A stretch of 64,000 nt of DNA from a virus: positions 1 to 64,000 of the IMG/VR virus record IMGVR_UViG_3300005613_002762. One strand, 5' to 3'. Positions 31,220 through 40,880 of the stretch are shown one piece after another. The position numbers were made by a program, and so were the translations under genes. Numbering within the stretch: the stretch's first letter is position 1; each line of letters starts with the position of its first letter. Below the pieces are notes generated by a model. The model was given only the letters and a program-made list of their open reading frames with translations, was not told where the DNA came from and did no database searches.

Positions 31220-34200
31220 TTATATATTTTCAAATGATGCTCCTGTTGGTGTGATGTAGAACGTGATGTCTATGAATTCAAGAGCTCTTGTAGGTTTGAT
31301 ATAAATCTTACCTGTCAATTGGTTTCTATCTAAATCCTCAGGATCTGATGAAACTGTTACTCTAAAGTCATATAAACCACGGTCTCTTCTAATTGAATCT
31401 AAGATTGGGTTCACCGCATTTAAGAAGTCTTGTCTAACTTGTGCGTCGTTTTGTTCAAACAATAATCTTACAGATACTGCTGAAATCAATTTACGAGCTT
31501 GTAATAACAATCTTCTAACGTTGATTCTATCAAGAGCAGATTCTCTAACTTGTAAAGTTTTATTACCCCAAATTACAGTTCCCACATCTGAGAAAGTCGC
31601 AATTGGGTTAATTCTACCAATATAAAGAATATCTCTATCTTCTTGAGTTAACTTCTTACGAGCTTTAATACAGTTAACAATACCACGAGTGTAACCCGCC
31701 GCCGCGAACCAAGGGAATGCGATGTTATCTGTCAAGGCCAAGTTTCTTGTAACCTCTGCCGTTGGTGGAATATAGATTTGAGTGTTGTTTACACTATCTC
31801 TTGTCAATACCCACGGGTAATAAGTTGCCGTATAGTTAGAGTCAATTCCTGTATTTTCTAAGTTATCAACCGCTTCTGTTGGGTAGATAAACCCGTCAAT
31901 TCCAGTTGTAGTTGGTAAGAATAAATCATAATCAGGTGTTGTTGTAATATACAATGAGTCAGCTCTGTTGAATTCAATCATTTGAACCGCATCTTCCACT
32001 AAGTTACTATTATTAACATAATCAATACCTGGAGTTACAAATACATTAATGTTTGTTGCTTCAGGGTTAGCGAATGTTTGTTGTCCTAATAGATATGCGT
32101 AGTAGTCAGTGTTTGCGTAGTCTTGAGTTCCATCACCTAATGCGATTTCTTTAAATGCTCCCCAACCAACTGCTTGTGGGTATCTTGATGAAGGACAAGC
32201 CCCGTTTAAGAAACCACGTCTACCAATTTGGAATTCATCACCGTTTGTTCTGTATTCTCTATAGATATCCCATCCGTCAAATCCACCTTGAACTAACAAT
32301 GTAAATTTACGAGCAAATATTCTATAATAAGGATCTGTCGGGAACTCAGGTTCTGTTGTAAATGTTGCGTTACCCGCCACGAATCTTGGTTGACCACTTG
32401 TAGAGAACTCAGGTCCGATTGTTAAACCACTTGCGTTTTGATCCATGTGGAAACCAGCAGATCTAAAGTTAAATGGAAGACCGTCAATATCACAAGAGTT
32501 AAGAGGATTTCTTTTTCCATAATATTCAAAGAAGTTTGGATCCCAACCTAATGAGTTAGAAATACCCAAATAAGTTCTTCTTACATTATCTCCCGGACTT
32601 ATTAGTGAGTTATCATTACCTGATGATAAACCGAATGGTGGGTTATAAATCACTTCACCAGGGAAGTCATATTTACCTTTAATAATTGGGAATGGAGAAC
32701 TTGCTCCTGCATAATTTCTAAAGTTAAATCCATTAAATCCACAAGGAAGAGCATCAATCGGAGCGTCTTCAGACATTTCAATCATAACGTAACGAGATCT
32801 TAATTCGTATTCACCATCTAAAGTTCCGATTTTATTTGCGATGTAGTTGTTTTGACCCGGATCCATTGAACAATTTGTAAACTTCTCAATAACCACAGGG
32901 TTAGCATCTGTATCAAAATAGTCACGAATTAACACGTCAAAAGTTAAATTATTATATGTTTGATTAATAATTGAAATTTTAAGTAAAGTATTGGCTCCGT
33001 CACCATCTGATATTGTGTAGAATCTAAATAAGTCATATACTTTATTACCTCTAAGTTCTGACACCACGAAAGGTGATGATGGTGTTTGCCATCTGTCCAA
33101 ATACCAACCAATTGAATCAGGATCTCCACTTTGAGCCGAATCTAACGCGATTAGGTTAGGGTTAAGACCTCTAATGTATCCTTTTCTCCAAGCGAAGTTT
33201 AAGAATGATTGGAAGTTTTCTTCTGCAAATACCGGAACTTCTAATCTTGGTTTTTGGAAGTTTGTAACCCCAAATACTTTTGTCCAATATTCAGCATCGT
33301 TTTGAGTGAATGAAGTTTCAAATGTATAAGGTGTTCCGAATCTATCAACAACATTAACACCAAAAGTCGAGTATGGGTTTTTAAGAACCGCAGAATATTG
33401 ACCAGTCATGTCTAAAGTTACATCAGATGTTCCTGTAACAGAATATCTTGGGTTCTCAGCGTTTGTATAAGTCGCTAAACCTCTTGATCTTAAAGTTCCA
33501 ACAACAACATTATCATAATCAACATATGATGTTCCTGTGTAATAATAAATCTTACCAACAATAGTTCCTGAATAACAATCGATATTGACAGGAGTTGGTG
33601 TTGGTGTTGGTGATGTAAATGGAACAGGAGACACACAAGGAGCCTGTGAAGGAGTTGGTGTCGGTGTTGACGAAGGTGATATTGTTGTCGTTGTTGTAAC
33701 AACAAATGGAGTCAATCCTGATACATATGTGAAGAAAGAGTATCCTGAATAGTTTGTATTTCCTGTATTAGAAAATAACGCATAATACCAAGAGTCATTC
33801 AAAGGAGAACTTAAACTAGTGTCGTCTAAAGAAACTGAAGGAACATCAAATACATTTGTTTCTCCTGTATATCCAGCACCACTTAATGTCAAATAATCAT
33901 TTGTCGCAATTGATCCAAAGTATGCAATTTGTTCATCTTCAGCTGTTGATGGGTTATTTGCGGTTATAATTCCGAAAATCAAATTTTTAATTTGGGCATC
34001 CAATGTTGAAGTGTCCCCATTAAATTCCTCATATTGTTCGTCTAATATAGTTTGAATTTCAGCAGGGAAATCAACAGAATAACCAATTGTCGATGTTGAG
34101 TTTGTACACGCCGTAAACGGAACTGTAAATGATAATTCTTTTGGTGTAACACAAACAGTTTCACATGTTGCGGTTAAAGTTTGTGAACTTAAACACCAAA

Positions 34201-34567
34201 CACCAATAGTTGACGGATCAACGTTAGCGACAGTTGTAACAGACCATGATGGACCTGCATCATATCCTGATAAACCAAGAATTCTAGTTACGAATAACTG
34301 ATTAGATTGTTGAAGGTATGCCTTAGCGATATACGACGCTTCATACTTCGGGATTTGAGTATTTACGAATTTTTCAGGAGATGTTCCCCCGAATACCGTT
34401 TGAAACTCGTCAAAGTTTGTGATAAAAATAGGTTCAAATGCTGGACCTATCAAAGTTTCACCCACAATACCTAATGTTGTTACACCTACACTTTGTGCTA
34501 CAAAGCTTAAGTCAACTTCAGAAGTATATACACCGGGTGAAACAAAAACCTTACTGTTAGTTGCCAT
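31220..34567 (-). CDS. Contractile tail sheath protein (T4 gp18-like) with large insertions
   Basis: FVSPGVYTSEVDLS, GGFDGWD, SNYTATYYPWV, PWFAAAGYTRG, RINPIATF, IWGNKTLQ...SALDRINVRRLL, IYIKPTRALEFIDITF. Confidence 0.95.
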   Translation of the reverse strand: MATNSKVFVSPGVYTSEVDLSFVAQSVGVTTLGIVGETLIGPAFEPIFITNFDEFQTVFGGTSPEKFVNTQIPKYEASYIAKAYLQQSNQLFVTRILGLSGYDAGPSWSVTTVANVDPSTIGVWCLSSQTLTATCETVCVTPKELSFTVPFTACTNSTSTIGYSVDFPAEIQTILDEQYEEFNGDTSTLDAQIKNLIFGIITANNPSTAEDEQIAYFGSIATNDYLTLSGAGYTGETNVFDVPSVSLDDTSLSSPLNDSWYYALFSNTGNTNYSGYSFFTYVSGLTPFVVTTTTTISPSSTPTPTPSQAPCVSPVPFTSPTPTPTPVNIDCYSGTIVGKIYYYTGTSYVDYDNVVVGTLRSRGLATYTNAENPRYSVTGTSDVTLDMTGQYSAVLKNPYSTFGVNVVDRFGTPYTFETSFTQNDAEYWTKVFGVTNFQKPRLEVPVFAEENFQSFLNFAWRKGYIRGLNPNLIALDSAQSGDPDSIGWYLDRWQTPSSPFVVSELRGNKVYDLFRFYTISDGDGANTLLKISIINQTYNNLTFDVLIRDYFDTDANPVVIEKFTNCSMDPGQNNYIANKIGTLDGEYELRSRYVMIEMSEDAPIDALPCGFNGFNFRNYAGASSPFPIIKGKYDFPGEVIYNPPFGLSSGNDNSLISPGDNVRRTYLGISNSLGWDPNFFEYYGKRNPLNSCDIDGLPFNFRSAGFHMDQNASGLTIGPEFSTSGQPRFVAGNATFTTEPEFPTDPYYRIFARKFTLLVQGGFDGWDIYREYRTNGDEFQIGRRGFLNGACPSSRYPQAVGWGAFKEIALGDGTQDYANTDYYAYLLGQQTFANPEATNINVFVTPGIDYVNNSNLVEDAVQMIEFNRADSLYITTTPDYDLFLPTTTGIDGFIYPTEAVDNLENTGIDSNYTATYYPWVLTRDSVNNTQIYIPPTAEVTRNLALTDNIAFPWFAAAGYTRGIVNCIKARKKLTQEDRDILYIGRINPIATFSDVGTVIWGNKTLQVRESALDRINVRRLLLQARKLISAVSVRLLFEQNDAQVRQDFLNAVNPILDSIRRDRGLYDFRVTVSSDPEDLDRNQLTGKIYIKPTRALEFIDITFYITPTGASFENI

Positions 34568-34669
34568 GTTGTAAAATACTTTTTAAATTATTTATTTTTT
34601 CTATAAATACTTGGAAAAAACACAAAAACTTTACAATAAAAAAAGTATTTATAAATTGGTATGATTTTA

Positions 34670-34687
34670 TTCTGCCTTTTTTCTGCC
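34670..34687 (+). repeat. TTCTGCC direct repeat x2 (11-bp period) immediately before the RHH-like gene; candidate operator
   Basis: TTCTGCC at 34670-34676 and 34681-34687 in an otherwise AT-rich intergenic region. Confidence 0.45.
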
Positions 34688-34689
34688 CT

Positions 34690-34854
34690 ATGGATAAAGA
34701 AGTTAAAAAGATAAAGAATTTAAAAATTGATGAGGATGTTCACAATGTTCTAAAAAAATATTGCGATAAGAGGGGTATTAAAATGTATAAGTTTTTAGAG
34801 AACTTAATTTTAGAAAAGTGTAAAGAAAAAAAGGATATATACGGAGAACATTAA
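34690..34854 (+). CDS. Small ribbon-helix-helix-like DNA-binding protein
   Basis: From ATG 34690: MDKEVKKIKNLKIDEDVHNVLKKYCDKRGIKMYKFLENLILEKC..., an alternating beta-strand followed by helix-G-helix. The track's start at 34561 overlaps the sheath start and is unlikely. Confidence 0.7.
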   Translation: MDKEVKKIKNLKIDEDVHNVLKKYCDKRGIKMYKFLENLILEKCKEKKDIYGEH

Positions 34855-35894
34855 ACTAAACTTTGAGTGAACGTAACTGAAGGTTCTTGTCCTGTTAAAC
34901 CAATAGTTATATCAATTCTTAATTCATCACCATTATTAATTTGAATAAGTTCTAAATCATCACCAACATATTGGTTATTAATAAACACAGAAAATGATAT
35001 CACATTTGTAGTTCCTTGAAGATATAAATTACAGGTGTATGCAAAAAGTCTTTCTTCAGTTGTTGCACTATTTGGGTATGAATATAAAATACTTTCTAAT
35101 TGAGGTGGTTGTTCTTTTCTTTGAGGTCGTTTTCTTGGTTGTTGATCAACTTCAAACATTTGAAAGGTTCTTGAAAGTGCTGGATAAACCTCGAATTGAT
35201 TTTCATCAATTAAAAAACCCATCATTGTAAAATCATATTTTTGAATATAATATTTTCTAGACTCCAGATCCATTGAAGATTCATCTGTAAATGCGTCATT
35301 AATGATTGGAATATAATGTCCGTTTATATTTTGATACGCTTGTCTTGAGGCAAATGTTTCCATTATTCTTTGATTCAGAGTATTGGCTTCTCTCATTCTA
35401 TTACAAACTATTGCTACCGTGTATTTTAAATCAATTGGAACTGGTTGTGGTATTTTATAAATGTCGGCTCCTTTTCTATTTCCGTCCCATGTTGGAACTT
35501 CCATATAATAATACATTCTTCTATTTGGTATATTATATTGAACTGCCGGATTATTCCCATATTTTACCTCAGGGTTTCTGATTACCGTTAAAAATGGTGG
35601 TTCTAAGTTTTTATCTATATTTTGAAAATCCCAAGTTTCAACAAACTGAGACCAATTTTGTGTTGTGATTAGTATATCAACAACAGGTATTTTTTTTCCT
35701 TCAGAAACAATATTAAATTTTTCTTTCACAAAATCTAAAAACCCTCTATCTAAATCGGCATGTAATAATGACTTAGGTAAATAAGTTCCGTCCTTTGTAA
35801 TCATATCCTTTATTTCTTCTCTTCTCGGAAGAAGAGTTTTAGGGTAATTCAAAGGTATTGTTGGTTTTACTGGTCCTCTTTTAGGTAATCCCAT
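34851..35894 (-). CDS. Probable tail terminator / neck protein (gp15-like) with C-terminal beta domain
   Basis: DLDRGFLDFVKE, IPQPVPIDLKYTVAI, RKYYIQKYDFTMMGFLID; located between the head-closure gene and the sheath. Confidence 0.55.
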   Translation of the reverse strand: MGLPKRGPVKPTIPLNYPKTLLPRREEIKDMITKDGTYLPKSLLHADLDRGFLDFVKEKFNIVSEGKKIPVVDILITTQNWSQFVETWDFQNIDKNLEPPFLTVIRNPEVKYGNNPAVQYNIPNRRMYYYMEVPTWDGNRKGADIYKIPQPVPIDLKYTVAIVCNRMREANTLNQRIMETFASRQAYQNINGHYIPIINDAFTDESSMDLESRKYYIQKYDFTMMGFLIDENQFEVYPALSRTFQMFEVDQQPRKRPQRKEQPPQLESILYSYPNSATTEERLFAYTCNLYLQGTTNVISFSVFINNQYVGDDLELIQINNGDELRIDITIGLTGQEPSVTFTQSLV

Positions 35895-35918
35895 AATTTT
35901 TTTTAAATCTATTTAATT

Positions 35919-36431
35919 TTATAATCCTCTAAATTCATTTGGTCCGACAGGGGCTGCAATTATAGTCCTATAAAATGGTTTATACCCTTTATACGTATGT
36001 TTAATGTCTGAAACTACACGACCATCATTTACAACCGTATAATAACGAACAAAGTTTTCAGTATCGTAATAACCAACATAATCACCAAAGTCTATGTCAA
36101 TTTGTAAATCTTCTAATGTTTTTAAATAAACTGACATCGTTATATTTCCCGGCTCCACTTGATCCATTTTGGTTGTCCCAATCATTTTGTTTGTTGGTGC
36201 CGCAATTGCAACATATGCATTGAACTCAACGGGAGGTAAAAATTTTATACCGTCCTCAACAACTTCACCATAAACATCATCGGTTTTAATTTTGTTTCTA
36301 TCTATTTTATACAACACACAAGTGTAATTCATGTCACCAATTAACCACTCTTGACCCATCCCAATTTCAAGTTCAAAATCGCGATCCCCAAAAAATTTAC
36401 CTAACCTTGTTATAGGAACATTACTTTTCAT
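35919..36431 (-). CDS. Probable head-closure / neck protein (gp14-like)
   Basis: VLYKID...DDVYGE...FLPPVEF...IDFGDYVGY...YYTV beta-barrel pattern; synteny with the terminator and sheath genes. Confidence 0.55.
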   Translation of the reverse strand: MKSNVPITRLGKFFGDRDFELEIGMGQEWLIGDMNYTCVLYKIDRNKIKTDDVYGEVVEDGIKFLPPVEFNAYVAIAAPTNKMIGTTKMDQVEPGNITMSVYLKTLEDLQIDIDFGDYVGYYDTENFVRYYTVVNDGRVVSDIKHTYKGYKPFYRTIIAAPVGPNEFRGL

Positions 36432-36486
36432 TATGTTGTTTTATTGATAAATATTTATTTTATCGTTATTTTTAATAAAAAGAGTT

Positions 36487-38247
36487 TTGGAAAACACAAA
36501 GTCACTTATAGAACATAAGGCCATTGAGTTATTGGGCTCGTATAGTGGTGCAAATAACTACATTCTTTATTTAAAACAAAAAAAAGAAAATTCTAAAAAG
36601 TTTTATCCCACAAGAACACAATCTGATTATATTGTTAATTATTACGATTCAGTTCCTAAAGTCGCAAGAAAGTGGGTTGATCTTGATAGTTATTTCGCCA
36701 AAAAGTTTGCAGAAGAAAAATATCTATTGGAAACTCCATCACAAATATATATTGAAAAGTTATTGGTTGAGAAAGAAAAATCTTATCACATTTGGGGTAA
36801 GTTTTTTGAAAAAGATTCTTTATCAGAGTTTTGGGTTCCTAAATCTGCACTTATTAAAACCCATAACGTTCAGAGTGTTGAGATTGATTATTCAAAGTAT
36901 TCACATAGACCTCCATTAAATCATCAAAAAATTGCAATTGAAAAATTGGCAGGATCAAAAAGATTTATTTTGGCAGATGATATGGGTCTTGGAAAAACAA
37001 CATCAACAATTATTGCCGCCTTAGAAACAGGATCCAAAAAAATATTAATTGTTTGTCCGGCTTCATTAAAAATAAATTGGCAACGGGAAATTGAAAACTA
37101 TTCAGATCGTCCTGTTTTTATTTGTGAAGGAAAAAAGTTTTCAACCGAACACGATTTTGTAATTATTAATTATGATATATTAAAAAACTTTCACGATCCA
37201 AAAAGTAAGGAATTAACTTTATTAGAACAATGCAATTTTGATTTAGTTATTTTGGATGAAGCTCATATGATTTCAAATGCTCAAGCACAAAGAACAAAAA
37301 TCATAAATAGTTTTGTTAAAAAGATTAATAGAGTATGGTTGTTAACGGGAACACCGATGACTTCACGACCTATGAATTATTACAATCTTTTGAGTATCAT
37401 CGAAAGCCCTGTCGCGCAGAATTGGATGGCTTACGCCATTCGATACTGCCAAGGGTATCAGTTTAAAGCGGGAAATAGAAAAGTATGGAATGTGTCAGGG
37501 GCTTCTAATCTTGAGGAACTAAGGGATCGAACTTCTAAACAAATTCTTAGACGATTAAAAGAAGAGGTTTTAGATTTACCTGATAAAATCATTACACCCG
37601 TTTATTTAAGATTACAATCAAAAGAATATGAAAATCTAATGGGTGAATACTATGATTGGTATGATAAAAACCCTGACGAGTCATCATCACTTACCGTTCA
37701 ATTTTCAAAGTTAATGAAAGTTAGAAAAGTAATTGCAAATGAAAAAACAAGACAAACAATTGAATTTGCTGAAAACATATTAGAACAAGGAAAAAAAGTT
37801 ATTATTTTCACAAACTTTACAGACTCACTTCAAACAATCTATCAACATTTTGGAAAACAAGCGGTTTATTTGGACGGTAGTTGTTCAAATTCAGTTCGTC
37901 AACAAGCTGTTGATCAATTTCAAAATGAAGAAAAAATAAAAGTTTTTGTTGGTAATTTAAAAGCCGCTGGCGTTGGTTTAACTTTAACATCTGCTGAGGT
38001 TGTTATTATGAATGATTTATCATTTGTTCCTGCAGAACACGCACAAGCAGAAGATCGGGCATATCGTTATGGGCAAAAATCAAATGTATTAGTCTATTAT
38101 CCTTTATATGAAAATACAATTGAAGGTGCAATTTATGATATTTTAAATAAGAAAAAAGAAATAATCAGAACCGTTATGGGAGATCAGATACCTGAAAATG
38201 TTGGTGATGTTGCAGAAGAAATATTAAATCTAATTAACAAAAGGTGA
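36487..38247 (+). CDS. SNF2-family helicase/ATPase (SMARCAL1/HARP-like core)
   Basis: ILADDMGLGKT, LIVCPASLKINWQREI, ILDEAH, LLTGTP, LRRLKEEVLDLPDK, AAGVGLTLT, QAEDRAYRYGQ; TTG start. Confidence 0.93.
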   Translation: MENTKSLIEHKAIELLGSYSGANNYILYLKQKKENSKKFYPTRTQSDYIVNYYDSVPKVARKWVDLDSYFAKKFAEEKYLLETPSQIYIEKLLVEKEKSYHIWGKFFEKDSLSEFWVPKSALIKTHNVQSVEIDYSKYSHRPPLNHQKIAIEKLAGSKRFILADDMGLGKTTSTIIAALETGSKKILIVCPASLKINWQREIENYSDRPVFICEGKKFSTEHDFVIINYDILKNFHDPKSKELTLLEQCNFDLVILDEAHMISNAQAQRTKIINSFVKKINRVWLLTGTPMTSRPMNYYNLLSIIESPVAQNWMAYAIRYCQGYQFKAGNRKVWNVSGASNLEELRDRTSKQILRRLKEEVLDLPDKIITPVYLRLQSKEYENLMGEYYDWYDKNPDESSSLTVQFSKLMKVRKVIANEKTRQTIEFAENILEQGKKVIIFTNFTDSLQTIYQHFGKQAVYLDGSCSNSVRQQAVDQFQNEEKIKVFVGNLKAAGVGLTLTSAEVVIMNDLSFVPAEHAQAEDRAYRYGQKSNVLVYYPLYENTIEGAIYDILNKKKEIIRTVMGDQIPENVGDVAEEILNLINKR

Positions 38248-38271
38248 TATTTATTTAAAAATAGATAAATT

Positions 38272-38700
38272 ATGCCAACAAAATTAGATCAAGATCAGAT
38301 TAGTGGACTAAGTGAAGAACTTAATTCACTAGATTCAATAGACGAATCATTAGAAACAAAAATTTTTACAGAAGACTCAATTAATGATCAAGTGGACGTT
38401 GATTTACAAGGTCAAATTGATGATCTTAAAAACGCAATGTTATCTTTAGTTTTTGGAAATAGATTAGATATAATGAATGATGGGACTAGTTTAATTGCAA
38501 TGACACCAACTGAATTTGCAATACCCGTAATATCAACAACATGGACTTGGTATTTTAACTCAGATATTATTTCTGAGGGAACTTCAAGTTTTTATACACC
38601 TATGATGACAGGTGATTATAAAGCGTCCGTAAGATACATAACAAACTTAGGACCTTATATTTTAGAGTCCGATTTTATATTTTTTGAGGTTCAAAAATAA
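38272..38700 (+). CDS. Hypothetical protein: short coiled coil plus small Ig-like C-terminal domain
   Basis: SLDSIDESLETKI...DLQGQIDDLK, then TWTWYFN...YTP...GDYKASVRY; TATTTAT motif upstream. Confidence 0.65.
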   Translation: MPTKLDQDQISGLSEELNSLDSIDESLETKIFTEDSINDQVDVDLQGQIDDLKNAMLSLVFGNRLDIMNDGTSLIAMTPTEFAIPVISTTWTWYFNSDIISEGTSSFYTPMMTGDYKASVRYITNLGPYILESDFIFFEVQK

Positions 38701-38701
38701 C

Positions 38702-40852
38702 ATGAAAGTATCATTCAGTTACGAAAATAAAGAATTTAAAAAACATTCTGACTTTGTTAATAAGTTTATAAAACTTTTGCAACGAGAATTTCCATTAAAA
38801 AATGATTTAAAGATATTTTTTTTAAATCAAAAGAAAGGTGAAATGTCAACAGGTAGTAGAAGATCAGATAATGTTATTAAAGTTTTAGTTGGTGATCGAA
38901 TGAATAGAGACATTATGAGAACCTTGGCTCACGAATGGGTTCACGAACATCAAATGGATGTATTAAATAGAAAAAAAGGACCCGACATTGGTGGTCAAAA
39001 TGAAGATGAAGCGAACGCTTTTGCAGGAAGACTTGTTAAAATGTTTGAAAAAGAAAATCCAAATTACGAACCTAAAATGTATGAAAGTCGAGGAATTGAA
39101 AAAAAACTGAACTTATTAACTGAAGAAATATTATTAACTGAAAAAACAATCATCAAAGAAAATTTGTTGGTTGAGATGAAAAAATTTGGTATAGAAAAAC
39201 TTCCTTATTCATATTCATCTTTATCTCGGTTTATTGATTCAAAAACTATGAATGTTCACTATACCAAACACTATAAAGGTTATGTCGATAAATTAAACAA
39301 GGCTTTAAAGGATAAGGATGGTGATATGACATTGGAAGAAATTATTAGATCCATCAGTAAATTTGATAATGTTGTTAGAAACAACGCAGGGGGAGCATTC
39401 AATCACGCATTATTTTGGAAAATGTTATCCCCAAAAAAACAAAGACCACATGGTGAAGTTTATGAAAAAATCAAAAAAGACTTTGGAAATATTAAAAAAA
39501 TGAAAGACGAATTTAATCAAGCAGCCAAAGATCGTTTTGGGTCAGGTTGGGCTTGGTTATATTTGACAAAAGATGGTAATTTAAAAATAATGTCGACACC
39601 TAATCAAGATAATCCGTTGATGAATATTGTTAAAAAGGGTGGTTATCCGATTTTAGGTCTTGATGTTTGGGAACACGCATATTATTTGAATTACCAAAAC
39701 AAAAGAGACGAATACATACAAAAGTTTTGGGATGTCGTAAATTGGGATTTTGTTGAGGAGTTATATTTGTCAAAAACCAAAAAAGATAAAAAAACTATTA
39801 AAGAAGATACTTCCGATAAAGAAATTATCAATGAGATTAGTAAAACTTTTGCATTCCCATATACCGCAAAAGGATTAAGAGAACTTATGCATTCTCAATA
39901 TGAGGGTTGTTATAATAAACAATATAAGGATGGTTGTTTAGGTAGTATAGAAACAAAAAAATGCACAACTGAATTAGGTATTTTGGGTGGTGATTATTCT
40001 GAAAAAAAATTCGGAGGAACCAGTCAGTGGTCCATTATCAATAGATTCGATACCAACAGTCGTGTAAAAAAAGAAATTTACAACATTTGGTTAGAAGAAA
40101 CTGAAGGATTAACCGACTTTAAAACATGGATCAAGGATCACGCATATGATTTATTTGCAAACGATGGAATGTATTTAGATCGATTGGCAGAACCAAACAT
40201 CGGAACCATTGAAGTTGGAAAAGAAAATGAAAGTTATGCAAAACAAATAATTAGACAAATATATAATCTTAGTCCTGATCAAGAAGGAATATCGTATGAA
40301 TTATACGAACATTGTTCAGGAGATATTAACGATAGAAAGAAAGGACAAGATATTGTTTTAATCATAAAAGGGGGAGACACAATATATTTTCAAGTTAAAC
40401 CTTTTTTAAATCAAAATAATGAAATTGAATTTTTTGATGGTGGAGATAGAGGATACTACTTTAAAGTTGCGTCATGGCATAGACAAACAAAATATAAAGG
40501 AGAAAATGTCGATGTAATTTTATATGTAGACAGAACAGAAGACAAATATATAATGTTTAGAAATGATCATAATAAAATGTTAACAGTTAGTAATCCAAGA
40601 ACACAACCACCTTTTTATATATTCTATTATGAAATGCCTCTACAGAGCAACTTCAAAGTTCCTTTACAAAAAGAAACCCCTAAAGCACCTGTTAAAAAGA
40701 GTATTGCCAAAGATGTAAATAAAGAAATTGAATTTTATAAAGAAAGAATTAATTATTTCACTAACAAAATAAAAGAACTTGGAGGTGAAAATCAAGATAT
40801 AAATGAAATGATTAATTTTTATAAAAAAGAATTGTCTAAGATAATTATATAG
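38702..40852 (+). CDS. Three-domain fusion: HExxH zincin-like domain + Fe/Mn superoxide dismutase + PD-(D/E)xK-like domain
   Basis: RTLAHEWVHEHQ...EDEANAFAG; SOD motifs LPYSY..L...TMNVHYTKHYKGYVDKLN, NNAGGAFNHALFW, FGSGWAWL, NQDNP, LDVWEHAYYL (all four metal ligands); C-terminal GKENE...DRKKGQDIVL...YFQVKP. Start probably ATG 38702. Confidence 0.85.
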   Translation: MKVSFSYENKEFKKHSDFVNKFIKLLQREFPLKNDLKIFFLNQKKGEMSTGSRRSDNVIKVLVGDRMNRDIMRTLAHEWVHEHQMDVLNRKKGPDIGGQNEDEANAFAGRLVKMFEKENPNYEPKMYESRGIEKKLNLLTEEILLTEKTIIKENLLVEMKKFGIEKLPYSYSSLSRFIDSKTMNVHYTKHYKGYVDKLNKALKDKDGDMTLEEIIRSISKFDNVVRNNAGGAFNHALFWKMLSPKKQRPHGEVYEKIKKDFGNIKKMKDEFNQAAKDRFGSGWAWLYLTKDGNLKIMSTPNQDNPLMNIVKKGGYPILGLDVWEHAYYLNYQNKRDEYIQKFWDVVNWDFVEELYLSKTKKDKKTIKEDTSDKEIINEISKTFAFPYTAKGLRELMHSQYEGCYNKQYKDGCLGSIETKKCTTELGILGGDYSEKKFGGTSQWSIINRFDTNSRVKKEIYNIWLEETEGLTDFKTWIKDHAYDLFANDGMYLDRLAEPNIGTIEVGKENESYAKQIIRQIYNLSPDQEGISYELYEHCSGDINDRKKGQDIVLIIKGGDTIYFQVKPFLNQNNEIEFFDGGDRGYYFKVASWHRQTKYKGENVDVILYVDRTEDKYIMFRNDHNKMLTVSNPRTQPPFYIFYYEMPLQSNFKVPLQKETPKAPVKKSIAKDVNKEIEFYKERINYFTNKIKELGGENQDINEMINFYKKELSKIII

Positions 40853-40880
40853 TTTTAAGATATTTATAAAAAAAACTATT

